64,000 nucleotides of DNA from Microbotryum violaceum (taxonomy: Eukaryota). Under the pieces are notes generated by a model that searched no databases, was not told where the DNA came from, and saw nothing but the letters and a program-made list of their open reading frames with translations. This document shows positions 11,201-23,954 of this stretch, piece by piece (position 1 is the stretch's first letter; each line of letters starts with the position of its first letter). Position numbers and translations under genes: made by a program. The stretch covers positions 1,116,001-1,180,000 of the forward strand of contig CDLV01000009.1 of assembly GCA_001244265.2 (NCBI GenBank), written 5' to 3'.

Positions 11201-13866
11201 CTACACGTCTGCGAGCGAATTCTGGCCAAGCGTGTCGCCCAGCTCACGTCGTGCGAGGAGCAGTTCTTGCAACTCGTCAATACCTGTGCAGCACAACAAC
11301 GTTGGCTTGACAAGCATGGGTATTACAAGGGATCTTTTGGCACCAAGGGGTCGGAGCCTCAGCACTTCAAGATGTTCCTCCAGACGGTGAGCAGAAATGA
11401 TACTTCGAAGTATCAGCTTTGTGACCTTTGCTGACATGTTGTTCGCTTGTCGTTCGTTCCAGGTCTTTGGCAAATCTCAAGACGAGGAAGGATCCGAAGC
11501 CATCAAGACCTTCTGCAAAATGGTTGGCTGTTCCGAGTCCGGCGAGATCAGCAAAATCGCCCCCGAAGGAGCTCCCGAACCAACGGACATGGGTGCTTTC
11601 CTCACCAAGAACGGCCAAACATGGGACGACGAGAAGCACCGTGCTATCGTAGGGAAGAAGATTCCCGAGGAGGATTACCGCAAGTCAAAGACCTGGATCT
11701 TGCGTCAGAACGTCTCGGCTGTTGAACGTCTGCGAAAGGAAGTCATCGGACGCTATCGCTCCCGTCGCTACTTTCAATGTGTGCGGAACGTTCAGCGCTC
11801 CAAAGACAACTCGTACGAAGGGATCACCTTACTTTCGTGCTGTGGTCATTCGGGCCCGAGCGACGATATTGAACGTCTCGTCATCAACCAGGCTCAACCG
11901 CAGTGCATCGAACCCAAATGCGATGCTCGCGTAAGCAGGAACAACTTCGTTCGTGCCGAGACCCTCGGCGTCGATCGCTCAAGCGGGACTTTTGGAGTCA
12001 AGCTCGAGACGTTGGTCAGGCTCATCTTGGAGAAGGTGCCCAAGGACGATCGGGTGCTGGTCTTTGTGCAGTTCGAAGATTTGTTCGCCAAGACGAGGGA
12101 GGCGCTTGAGGCTTATGGGATCAAGACGGCTGTTGTAGAGGGTACAGCCAAGCAGAAGGGCACGACGTTGCACAATTTCCAGGATCCCGACAATCGTAGC
12201 CATCGGGTGCTGTTGCTGCAGGTGACGGACAAGTCGGCATCAGGTAAGTGTCTCATGCTCGTATAGGTTCGGCGTCAGTGGGCTAACATGGCCCTGGTCG
12301 AACGGTGCAGGTGCGAACTTGACCGTGGCAAACTGGGCGTTCTTCGTCTCGCCGTTGCACACTGACACTACGCAAGAGTACAAAGCTTTCGAAACGCAAG
12401 CAATCGGTCGCATTCGTCGGTGAGTCACCATCGCCCCATAATTGTTGCTCTGGTAGCTTTCTGAGGTTGGCTCTGCTCCCCTTGCACAGCTACGGTCAAA
12501 CCAAGGCCGTCAGCATCTTCCGCTTGTTAACTCGTTCCACAATCGATGTGGAGACTTTCGAGCAACGTTCCGGCAAGATCGTTGACAAGCTCGTGGCCGA
12601 GCAAGAGCCGCTCGAGCTGAGCGATGTCGCTCACCCCAAGACCCAGGAGTTCGAAGAGATGGTCGCTGAAGTGGGTGATCGATCAAAATATGTTGCTCGT
12701 GGACCCGAGCTTACCTTCATCCTGCGCTTTGCCTGAGCAGAGGAGTCGTGGCGGTGGAAATCGGGCCATCGCTCCCCTTGTGACCAAACAAGTCAAGAAA
12801 GCCAGGCCCGTCGCCGCGCCTAAGAAGTCACGAAGCTCCACGAACAGCAAGGGCACAGGCAAAGGCAAAGCGCGACGAAACAGTTTCAGCGAAGACGACC
12901 CATCCGACCCATCCGACCTATCTGACCTATCCGACTTACCGGCCATCGTGCTCTCAGATGATGACGTACCCGACGTCGATAGTGAAGCCGACCAAGCCGA
13001 TCTTGAGAGCTTGTTGGTTGGGACTAGTAGGCCTTCGAGCTTGAACAAGAGGACTACGGCTTCGTCGGTGACGCGACGACGATCGACGGTCGCTTGGTCC
13101 GATCAAGTTGTCGATGATGAGGATGACGAAGATAACGACGAGGAACCTGTCTCGTTGAGCAGTAGTGTGAGATCAAATTTGCTCCAGTCTAGACCTTTTT
13201 CCGTCCTGATCCGAAGTCTTGACACGGTTCCACAGCGACGGAGTAGCGTCAGACTTCGTCGGCCGAACATTCAAAGCCGGGCATCGATCACTCTGTTGGA
13301 TGGCAAGAGTGGCACCATGGATGAAGATGAGCCCGAGGCCCGACCGGCTGTGGTCGAGTCGCCTATTACGGCCAACGTTCCCGTGTTCAAGACCCAAGTT
13401 CCTGCCAAGCGACCTCGCAGATCCGACGCCGCCAGCAGCAATTCATCACCGGCGACAGTGGCCTCCGCACCGAGGGCCACTCGAAGCAGTCTAGACAAGA
13501 CAACACCTTCTCGACCAATGAAGAGGCGACAGACGTTCGAGCTTGTAGTTCCCTTCCGCAGACTGCCGTCGTCGCCGGTCAAGAGTCAAGAGTCAAGACG
13601 CTGCGCGCCTTACATCGTCCCCCCTCAAGTCATGTAGTGCTCTTGCTCAAGCCTTGAACGTTGATCTACTCCAGGCTCCTGCGATGCTGAAAAAGCCATC
13701 AACATCAGGGACCCCCGAAACGGCGACTTCGGTGGCTTCGGCTCCCGAATCGCCGGCAGAGATGGCCGAAGCCGAGGCGCTTGACAAGATCGTCGCTGAG
13801 CGTCAGGGGTTGATAACGGATGCCTCGATGACGGAAGGGGACGCGGAGCTGTGGAAGGATATGTAG
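5227..13866 (+). CDS. DNMT5: DNMT5-family cytosine-5 DNA methyltransferase fused to a SNF2 ATPase
   Basis: MTase motifs: LRVGTMCSGTESP, FSCEIEPFKQAYIERNF, catalytic AGTSCVDYS (SC variant), VILENV, PHTRSRAY and LAGNAMS. SNF2 motifs: GGVLADAVGYGKT, IVIDEFTY, WILSGTP, RVLVFVQF, GANLTVAN and QAIGRIRRYGQ. Multi-exon gene. Confidence 0.92.
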
Positions 13867-14110
13867 TTTGGTTTGGTCTAGTCTCTTTCTTTTCGGCTAG
13901 TATCTCGGAATCTGGGATAAGGTGTCGGTTCGGATTCGGTGTTTCTTGTTGTAATTGTCTTTAAACTCGTTCGTGCCGGTTCGCTCACTGCAAGCTGGGT
14001 GTATGCGCTTTCCACGTCGCGGCCCCTCGTCGCTGGCGCCCTTGGCCGTGAGCGGCTCTTTGAGCTTCGCGCCGTCACTCACACCTCGATCGATCAACCA
14101 TCCATCCATC

Positions 14111-16424
14111 ATGGCTGCGTCCCACACGAGCACCACATCGCCCGCTCTCGCAGCAGAGGGCAAGAAACGCAAGAGGAAACGACCCAACAAGACTGGCGGT
14201 GATAAAGAAGAGGCGCCAACTGCTACTTCAGCTTCAGCCGTGGCTTCGACTTCGTCGTCGGGCAGCGCTGCGAAGGCCGCTTCCAAGCCGACTCCGACGC
14301 CGGTCAACGACGAGGATGTCGAGCCGTACATTGACGAGCACTATCAAGTCATAGAAGAGGGCGAGAAGATCAAGAAGAACAAGACCAAGGCACTGGATGC
14401 TGGGGAGGGTGCCCCGATCGGCTTCGAAACGGATCAGCCACCGTCGGGCGCCTCTTCGCAGCCAGCAGCAGCGGGCCACGGCGATCCGCTCGCTCTCATG
14501 ACCGGCACCGCTCAGCCCGTCGCAGCGATCCCAACCGCCTTCTCGACTTTGGATCTCTCCCCCGGGACCAAGAAGGCGATTGACGGGATGGGCTTCACCA
14601 ACATGACCGAGGTACAGGCCAGGACGATCCCTCCGTTGCTCGCCGGCCGAGACGTGTTGGGTGCCGCCAAGACCGGATCGGGTAAGACGTTGGCTTTCCT
14701 TATCCCTGCCGTGGAGATGCTCAACAAGCTCAAGTTCAAGCCTAGGAACGGTCAGTAGTGCGATCTTGCGCGCAAGCTAGAACTTCCCATTCTGATCAGA
14801 ATTCTCCGTCTCGCTCACAGGTACCGGAGCAATTGTCGTTTCGCCGACTCGGGAACTGGCGTTGCAAATCTTTGGAGTCGCCAAGGAGCTGTGCGAACAT
14901 CATAACCAGACTTTCGCCATCGTTATGGGGGGTGCGAACCGCAAGGCCGAGGCCGAGAAGCTCGTCAAAGGCGTCAACCTCTTGATCGCCACTCCCGGTC
15001 GATTACTCGATCATTTGCAGGTCAGTAAGAGCGAACCTCAAGTTCACAATAGACCAGCAGCTCATAATATGCTCTCATATGCTCGCAGAACACCAAAGGA
15101 TTCGTCTTCAACAACCTCAAGGCGTTGGTCATTGATGAGGCTGATCGAATTCTCGAAATCGGATTCGAGGATGAAATGAGACAAATCATTAGCATTCTTC
15201 CCAAGGGTCAGTTTACCACATGTTCCAGCGACCGATGCCATGGAAGAGATTACTGATCGAAGCTCACACCCACCGTGGCCATAGAGAACCGACAATCGAT
15301 GCTCTTCTCGGCGACCCAAACGACCAAAGTCACCGATCTGGCTCGCATGTCGCTACGACCCGGTCCCCTCTACATCAATGTCGACTCGCACCGCGACACT
15401 TCGACCGCGGAGAACCTCGAACAAGGCTACGTCGTCTGCGACAGTGACAAGCGCTTCTTGTTGCTGTTCACCTTCTTGCGAAAGAACCTCAAGAAGAAGG
15501 TCATTGTCTTTTTCTCGAGTTGCAAGTCGGTGCAGTACCATGGTGAACTGCTCAACTATATTGACGTGCCCGTTTTGGACTTGCATGTGAGTCCGCTGTA
15601 CCCGATGTTTTGCATGGGTTTCGCAACGCTGAATCTTTGAGATGCACTGATTCGAACAGGGCAAACAAAAGCAACAAAAGCGCACCAACACCTTTTTCGA
15701 ATTCTGCAACGCGCCCACGGGGATCCTGCTCTGCACCGACGTCGCCGCCCGAGGCTTGGACATTCCTAAAGTCGATTGGATCATCCAATTTGACCCCCCT
15801 GATGATCCGCGTGACTACATCCATCGCGTGGGACGTACAGCCCGAGCAGGCAAACAAGGTCGATCGCTCCTCTTCCTCCTCCCCTCGGAATTGGGGTTCC
15901 TTCGTTTCCTCAAAGCCGCTAAAGTCCCCTTGAACGAATACGCTTTCCCGCCCGAAAAAATCGCCAACGTTCAAACGCAATTGGAGAAGTTGATCTCGAA
16001 GAATTATTACCTTCACCAAAGTGCGAGGGATGGGTTCAGGGCTTATATTCAAAGTTATGCGAGTTATTCGTTGAAGACGATCTTTGATGTCGCCGCTTTG
16101 GATTTGGCCAAGGTCGCGAAAGCGTTTGGGTTTCAGAGTCCTCCGAGTGTGAATATCAATATTGGGAGTGGGATCAAGGGGAAGAAGAGGAAGGATTCCA
16201 AGAGGGGGGGAAGTGACGAGGAAAGTGAGGATGAGGAGGGAGAAGAGGATGAGGATCTGGATCAGGTTTCGAGGAGGAACAAAGTCGCGAGTGTGCGAAG
16301 GAGTGGGAATGGGCAAGATAAGAGGCGAGAGGTTGAAGGGAACCGCAAGGTCGAGAAGGACTTTTACCGCGAGGGGAGGGAGAAAAAGGCTAGGACCGAG
16401 CAGGGCAAGCAGTGGAGTCGGTGA
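14111..16424 (+). CDS. HAS1: ATP-dependent DEAD-box RNA helicase Has1/DDX18
   Basis: Q motif [46 protein letters not shown] and the Has1-type C-terminal [15 protein letters not shown]. Confidence 0.95.
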
Positions 16425-16549
16425 TCGTTCGTTGGAGTTTCCTCTGATCTTTTCTGGAGTGCATTCGGTATAGTGTTCGTCGCTTGTAATACAATGTTCT
16501 CTCACTGCATGATGAACGGGTATGGTGTCACAGAAAGCAAACCGAGAGC

Positions 16550-19500
16550 CTATTTGGCGGCGAGAGCACCGACGAGCAACCGAAGCATCTCGGTCGAGAC
16601 TTGCTCATTCGTGCTCCTGACGGTCAAGCGGCACAACTGCAGTGAACACCACGCTGGATTAGCTCAGACAGGTCATTCGATCGTGTGTTCTTTCGCGACT
16701 GACTTTTCGTTCCGGATTAGGTTCGACCCTCAACAAGCACCCGACCTTACCCACCGACGACATATGCAACACCCCCGCCGCAACCAGGTTATTCGGGTTC
16801 GGATCGACGCCATTCAAGAGACCCATCCGAATCCCACCCACGACCTTTCGCTGCTTAGCCACGTCCACTCGGCCCCCTTCGAGGATTACGATCGGAAAGA
16901 TTTTTTGTTGTTCCCTCGGTGCGCCACCGATCTGCTTCCAACGTTCGAAGAAGGCGTCCGAGGAGAGTTGGACGGGTTCGATGAATTTGGTGAGGAACGC
17001 GGGTAGACGCAGGACGAGTTCTTGGTGCGAGCCTGCTAGATAGGAGATGCGCAAAAGGGGAGGTGTGGAAAAGATGCTTTTACCTTCGACTAGGACGAGT
17101 TGTTGGACTTGGGTTGAGGCGGAAAGATGGGATGGTACGATCGAAGGGAGCTTGATCTCGAGGGCATCTTCGTCCTCGACGTCAAAGGTGGCCGTCAAGG
17201 ACTCGAGCGCGACCGAAAGCTTGTTGCCAAAGAAGATGGCGATGCGACCTTGATGACCATGGTACTCGGTCTTGACGCCGATCTGCAGCTGCGTATCCTC
17301 GTACAAGACGCCGTCGGGGTTGTAGAGCAATCGAGCTAGCCATTTCTCGGACCCGTGCGTGAGCGGCAGGGACGTCTTGCGAGATGTTGTCGGTGTGGTG
17401 GCTGTACTACTTGTAGCGGCACCGAGCAAGGGGAGTGAAGCTTCGCCGGCCGCAGGTGAAAGTGCAGGTGCGAGAGGAGAAGGGGCCAATGAACTTTCGC
17501 CCCTCTCCACTGTCGATGACGAGAGGTCCAGCCCAGCAAGTGAGGACATGACATCGGTTGTGTCGACTTCGGGAATGACCTTCGACCTCCCAACTGTAGT
17601 CGCATCGATGGGTGCTGCGCCCGTCGCGTCCGCGGTGGAATTCATCTTCCGTCGCCCAAAACCCTTGTATCGCTCGGCATCCTGGCCTCGGTTGACGTCC
17701 TTGCCGCCGATGTGCCATGTGCGCTTGTCGCCGGTATCGCCGTGCTTCTTCAGTAATCGACTCACCAGCTGCGAAGTGGATAGCATGGAGATGTCAGCGT
17801 CTGATCGGCCAACCAGCCCGATCGCGTTCACTTACCGCACTTTCCCGCTCAGGATAAGGCGGCATCTCATCAGCCACGACCTGCAACAATTCATCATCCG
17901 GCTGTTTCGCAATGACGAGATACTCGCAAGCGCGCTGCTGCAACTCGGCGTCGAGGACACGCGAATACCGTTCAAACAGGTTCACGATCTGCTCATAGAT
18001 CTCGGGGAACAGGTTGAGCCATTTGAAGTAGGTCGTCAAGAGAAGAGCTTTGGTCGATGCCGAGGCGAAGTTGGCGCGCGAGGTGACGAGTTGGAATTGC
18101 TCGATCGGGGAACCACCCTGTCCAAAGCGGCGAAGAGCTTCCGCATCAGTTGTGCTCGCTGACAGATGTAGACACAGTCCGAGATCTTACCTCTTCATCC
18201 GCGATGAGATGCCCATATTCTCCAAGGATGTATGCGCCGACCTTGAGGATGTTTTCGTGGCAATTGGGCAGGCTCAGGTGATGGCACACTTTTTGGGCGG
18301 CATACTGGTAGACGTGGAGGCCTACATCAGTCTCATCTTGTGCAAACAGACACAGACGCCCGGTGCAAACTGACCTCTTGCAGCTCCTCGGTGTTGGTGA
18401 CGATTTGCACGATCCGGTACCAAACCTCGTCGCCGACATGGTCGCCGGCGGTGCTCATCAACTTGAGGATCGTATCGACGTACCACTCGTACTCGACCGC
18501 GAACTTTTCGGTCAAGATGGCGATCTTGAGCACCATCTCTTCCCTCAAGGTGTAGTCCGCGATGGGGAGGTATTTCAACAGCTCGCTGACGATGACTTTC
18601 GAATTGGAGGTGTCGCACATCGAGTAGAGGAGGTCGAGGCCTCGCCTACGGACCGAGATGTCCTTGTCTCGAAGCGATTGAATGATGACGTTTTGGTGGA
18701 CCTTGATTGCGTCCAAGGATTCGGAACGTGCAGCCAAATGGGTCATCGTGTCCAGTCCCAAGTACCTCACATTCGTCTCCTTGGCCGAGATGAATCGGCC
18801 CAGCAAGAGTGCGGCCGAGTGCACGATGGAGGATTCGGTGTCCAGATGAATGGCGAGGTTGATGGCCTCGAAGAGAACGGCATTGAGCGCGTTGTTATGC
18901 TGGGGGTTCTTGGGCGTGTCTTGGGAGTTCTTGAGAGTGCGCTCGAGGACCTTGTGCAAAGTCAGGCGGAGATTGGCGTCTTCGGATGGGGGGTAATACT
19001 GGAGCAGTCGGAGGAGCTTGACTTGAAGCCACGGGATGGGCACCTTGTAGTAGAGGTAGTCGGAGGGGTACTCGTTCTCCAAAACGATCTAAGTGAGACA
19101 GGTCAACTTGCGGGCTTGTGTACGGTGATGAGACGCCGTGCTCACCTTGGCTAGCCGTTCAACGGCTTTTTGGTATGCGACTGTGTAGGCACTGAGGTTG
19201 TCTTGAGCCAGGGTCAGGACGAGCGAAGCCACAGCGAGTGCAACGCCCTGGACATCAAGAGTGTCGAGAGAATTAGTTTCGTGCGCTGAATGGTTGTCGG
19301 GTTCCCGGGGGACGTACCAGGTCTTGATCGTCCATGATGGAAACGATGCGGGAGGCCCATTCGGCGGAAGGGATCACTCCAGGGTGCTTGCGGTACAGTC
19401 GTAGCAAGGTCAGCGCTGCCTTTTTCTTGACAAAGCTTCGTGATGTTCTGCGTAGAGAATGAAAAGAGTCTCAGCGAGCTGATCTGAATCTGAGTCTGAT

Positions 19501-20354
19501 CGATAGTGCCAAGTCCACCACGCACGGCGAGATCAAGAGACGGTGTACGTCGCTCGCCAAAGCCTCGGCCATTTCTGCACCACCAATGTTGGCGATGGCG
19601 TGAAGTGCGAGACAGTTGACGGTCTCGTCCAAGCCATCGAGGTCTTTCCGGATCGAGTTGACGATCAGCCGTACGAGGTCCGAGTTTTCGTGCATGAGCA
19701 AGGTCAGAGCGAGGTACCCCTGTCAAAGCGGTGATCGCTTGTACGGCGTGAGATGGGGCCAGCCAAAGGTCGGGCACGGGCACGGGCAGATCGGGGGGGA
19801 CTGACGATCTGCTTTTCCGAGTACTTGGTCGACGAGATGAGGTTTACAGCTTCCATGTGGCCGACATCGACGGGGTAACCGAGGATGGAGGTGAAGATGA
19901 TCTTGCTGATGTACCTGTGCGATGGCGGCAAAGGAGAGGTGAGGGTCAGTCGTGTGGGGCTTGTCGTATGTGGATGGGGAGACATACTTTTTCTTTTGCC
20001 TTCCATCCAAGTTGCCCTCTGAGAAAGGAAGAGATTGCCCGTCAGTGGCAGCGCACCGAGGGCACAACGCCACGCCGAGCCAAGGGCCCCACGTCGTCGT
20101 CGTCGTCGTTGTCGTCGTCGCCGTCGCCGTCGTCGCGGTGCGCGGTCGTCGGTGGACGCACCCTTGAACTTTTGACGAATATGGGCCATCTCCTTGTTGA
20201 TGCGCTTCTCCTCGAGTTCCCGGACGCGACATGCCCTGAGGTCGGCGATGTACTGGGTCAGGCCCCTCATCTCATCCTTGTTCCTGTGGCGACACGGGCA
20301 CGGTGGTCGGTCAGTCAGTCAGTCAGTCAGTCCGGGTTGAGGCGAGACTGACAT
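16550..20354 (-). CDS. APL3: AP-2 adaptor complex alpha subunit
   Basis: MRGLTQYIADLRACRVRELEEKRINKEMAHIRQKF, YYKVPIPWLQVKLLRLLQYYP, ETNVRYLGL and an appendage domain (GVLYEDTQLQIG; FFERWKQIGGAPRE; VGCLLRVEPN). The probable start is split by an intron (AT at 20354-20353, G at 20283). The in-frame ATG at 20270 is the alternative. Confidence 0.95.
20093..20135. repeat. Imperfect (GTC)n trinucleotide microsatellite in an APL3 intron
   Basis: gtcgtcgtcgtcgtcgttgtcgtcgtcgccgtcgccgtcgtcg read directly from the sequence. Confidence 0.8.
20310..20332. repeat. (TCAG)n / (CTGA)n tetranucleotide repeat in APL3 intron 1
   Basis: gtcagtcagtcagtcagtcagtc, about five units. On the minus strand it reads as tandem CTGAC branch-point-like motifs. 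Confidence 0.85.
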
Positions 20355-20871
20355 GTTGGGTACTCGTAACATGGTGGACGGGTGTCTGGACGGGAAGTGG
20401 ACCGAGTGGGGTCGCTCCGAGTCGTGGTGGGTCGGTCGTCAACACGTCGAATGACGAATGACCGATGAGGCGATGACAGATGACGGGACAAGGGGAGCGG
20501 CGACCTCGGCTGAGCGTCGCAAGTGGCTGCAAGTGGTGCGGATGCGGATGCGGATCTACCACAGGTCGAGGTCGGGCTCAGCTGGTTCAAGCGAGGGTGA
20601 CGCACCGTCGGAGGTCGGCCTCGGACTCGTTGCGGCGGTGCGCGCAGGCAGGCAGTCGTCAGCTGAGCATGGGTAATAAATTGAGCCGTTAGCTTTCCAG
20701 CGCGACTTAGATGTGTAATTCCGCGCGAAGGTAATGCGCTTTCGCTTTTCACCTCTCTCACGTGCCACTGCCAACCGTATTTCTCTTCCTCTCTTTCCCC
20801 CGTCCGCCCAACACACACTCGCCACCCACTTTCCCCCTTCCCCACGTACAAGCGACTACTTGAACCCCAAG

Positions 20872-22356
20872 ATGCGCTTCTACGAGTCAAGGTCAGCATA
20901 TCTAGTGTTTTGGGCTGTATGGTGTCGTGTGCTGACGCGAACCGGTTTCGCTTCGCTGCTTTGCTGGCTTCGCTGCTTCGTTCTGTCGGCCGGCGACTGC
21001 ACCAGGTTTCCCGAGGTCAGTCACGAGAGAGAGAGAGAGAGAGAGTATCGGCACCTCTAAAGACTGATCCCCAACAGATGCTCGTCCCTTGGTTCCGCAT
21101 CCGCAGGTCGACGAGCTGGTGATGGTGCAGGTCAAGCAGATCCAGGAGATGGGCGCCTACGTCAAGCTCGTCCGTACCAGCCACACCTCGTCTTCTGCAT
21201 CACCACCCCTGACCATCCCCTTCTACTCTGCCAGCTCGAATACGACAACATCGAAGGCATGATCCTCCTCTCCGAACTCTCGCGAAGACGAATCCGTTCG
21301 ATCCAAAAGCTCATCCGAGTCGGCAGGAACGAGGTCGTCGTCGTCATGAGGGTCGACAAGGAAAAGGGTATGCTGGCCCAATCGATACACCCTTTACCTC
21401 GAGAGCTGACTCGACATGTCCTATATTTCCCCCTCCTTCATGCTCCCTGTCCCACGCCGCGCCCCGGCTACTCCCTTCGCACGCCATGCCCACCCATCCC
21501 CCATCCACCCGATTCCGTTTCGTTTCAGGCTACATCGATCTGTCCAAGCGACGTGTCTCGGCCGAGGACGTCATCAAGTGCGAAGAACGCTACAACAAAT
21601 CAAAAACGGTGCACTCCATCATGCGCCACGTCGCCGAAAAGACCGGCACCGACATGGACGCCGTCAACGACCTCGTCGCGTGGCCTCTCTACAAAAAGTA
21701 CGGCCACGCTTACGAGGCCTTCAAGCTTTCCATCACGTGCGTTCGCGTTCGCGAAAAAGATTCTGCAGTGTCCGGGGAGCACTGATGATCACCGTGTACG
21801 CTCAACCCACAGCGAGCCCGAATCGGTCTTTGGCGAACTCAACATCCCCGACGACATCATGGAAGAGCTACGAGCCAACATTGCCCGACGATTAACGCCC
21901 CAACCGGTCAAAGTCCGAGCCGATCTCGAAGTGACCAACTTTGCCTACTCCGGCATCCTCGCCATCCAAGAAGCCCTCGCGCTCGGTGAAGCCTTATCGA
22001 CTTCCGAAATCCCCATCAAGATCAAGTTGGTCGCTCCTCCGTTGTACGTCATGGTGTCCAACACGACCGATAAACAAGGTGCGATCGACTTGTTGGAAAG
22101 GGCGATCGAGACGATTGGGGAGAGGATCAGGAAGGAAGAGGGAGGGAGCTTGAACGTCAAGATGAAGCCCAAGGCGGTTAGTGAGACCGAGGATATGGAG
22201 TTGGCCGCTTTGATGGCTAGGGTCGCAAAGGAGAACACAGAAGTGTCGGGTCAGTACATCGATTCTCTCCGGCGGTCTTCAACATCAGCTTGCTGATAAA
22301 ATGCTTTCTTTGCTCTCGTGTCAACAGGAGACGAGGATTCGGAAGGAGAAGCATAG
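20872..22356 (+). CDS. SUI2: Translation initiation factor eIF2 alpha
   Basis: Spliced N-terminus MRFYESRFPEVDELVMVQV, the phospho-site motif MILLSELSRRRIRSI, VDKEKGYIDLSKRRV and IKLVAPPLYV. Confidence 0.97.
21025..21045. repeat. (GA)n microsatellite in SUI2 intron 2
   Basis: About ten GA units read directly from the sequence. Confidence 0.9.
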
Positions 22357-22604
22357 ACGTGCAGCCTCAGTGTACTCGACTTGTTTTTACCATCCTTTTT
22401 CTGCAACTCCGAATAAAGGCTTTCGGCGGAACCTATATGGGCTGCCAAAACATCGACGCATGAAAGGTGGTATGCAGTGAAGGACTTTGGCAAAGATGCT
22501 ACGGTCTGGGGATATCGACCTTTCTTTGTCTCTCTCCCGGAGAGTCCAACCACCGTCCCGGGGGTAGCCATGTACCTCGTGGTGGTGATCATTTATTTCG
22601 TGCT

Positions 22605-23437
22605 TCAGACTGAAAACTCGTCACCTCCCTTCTGCAACTCTTGACTGGGGACCGAACGAGCTTTCGTCGATTGGATCGACCGGAGAAATTGCTCGAGCTG
22701 ACTTGCTTCGATATCGAAGCAAACCTATGGCTCTGTCCTGGGCTTCACGGAAAAATCTATCAAGGACCTACGACTGATACGCGGTAGCACGTCTTGGGAT
22801 ACCTTCCTTGTGATCCATAGTCGTACCGCAGGTATTTCTTCCGTTCTAGCAACTTCGATCCCTCCTTCGATCTTGTCTTTGCTTTCCACGAAAGGCGACC
22901 ACGCTATATGAGGAAGTGATACCGTACTTTCTACACCTTTCGGCTGACGCAAATCCATCCGACAAATACAAGACCACTCGTTTCTTGGTGAAAAAATAAG
23001 CAGCTGCCCAGGGGACGCCACGGCGATCAGAGGGAGGAAAGCTTTACCGCTGAGCTCGGTCGGGGGAGAGGGGAGAATCTGAAATGGCGGTTGAATGGGC
23101 GACGGTTGAAGTAATATGTATCCCGAGGTATCCCCTATGTGCAATCAGTTGGCTCAGCAAGGGTACGAGAGATGAAGTTTATCAGGAAAGAATGTCGCTC
23201 ACCTGGTGCGACGACCCGAAGTTCGAAACGATCACGCCGTCGTCGAACGCACATGACGACCCTCAACGCGCCATCGATGATTAACGTGGCGATGGATTCG
23301 ATCTTCTTAGTTCCAAGGTGGAATTGAGAGACGTGGACCCATGGATCGTCCGCGCGGTCGAGCTCGCTCGCTTCGCGGATGTGAAGGACGTTGAGGCTGT
23401 GGTCGAAGGTGGCGATCCTCGAGTTTGGGCGGTCCAT
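22605..23437 (-). CDS. Hypothetical protein (three exons, roughly 240 aa)
   Basis: MDRPNSRIATFDHSL...ELRVVAP|GDTSGYILLQ...AVRLWITRK|VCFDIEASQLEQF...* splices in phase through two GT-AG introns. No family recognised, and upstream exons are possible. Confidence 0.55.
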
Positions 23438-23954
23438 AGCCAGGCACTAGGTCAATCAAGAGGAGGCAAGATTGTGTCAAAAGGTTGACCGTCGTCAGCG
23501 GGTATGGTCGTGCTCCGAATGCAATGCGGCGGTTTGAAGGGGCGGGTCCCCGCGAGTCGATTCGGCGACGAAGCTCGAAACAGGGGCTCTTTCCATCCAC
23601 GCACTATTTCACTCCGACCTGCGATCTATACCCATTCGGTGCCACCAGTTCACAACAGGACCGCTGACGGACAAGAACCAAAATGCACTCTGCCAAAAAG
23701 GGGCTCGTGCACGCTCGGCCCGGATGCACAACTTCCGTCGGGAAGCACTGACACTGCACTGACCGGCGACGGCTCTGGCGACGCCAAGTCCGAGCTCACA
23801 GGCCCCAGCAGGCCCCTTTGCTCTTGGCCTTGCTCCTCTTTGGATCTGTCGGACCGCCTTCGTCCTCTACTGCCCCATACCCCTCAAGCGCTCCAAATCA
23901 TCGAGGGTCAGCCTCGAGACCCATACAGCACCCAAAGGCTGGCCGGCCCTTCCC

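Noticed and set aside
6258-12266. DNMT5 fragments as a bacterial-type restriction-modification or defence operon, or a frameshifted gene
   Set aside because: The frame breaks I checked coincide with canonical spliceosomal introns, so this is one eukaryotic gene of a known family.
12893-12940. 9-bp tandem repeat in the DNMT5 tail (DPSDPSDLSDLSDL)
   Set aside because: An ordinary in-frame slippage repeat in a disordered region.
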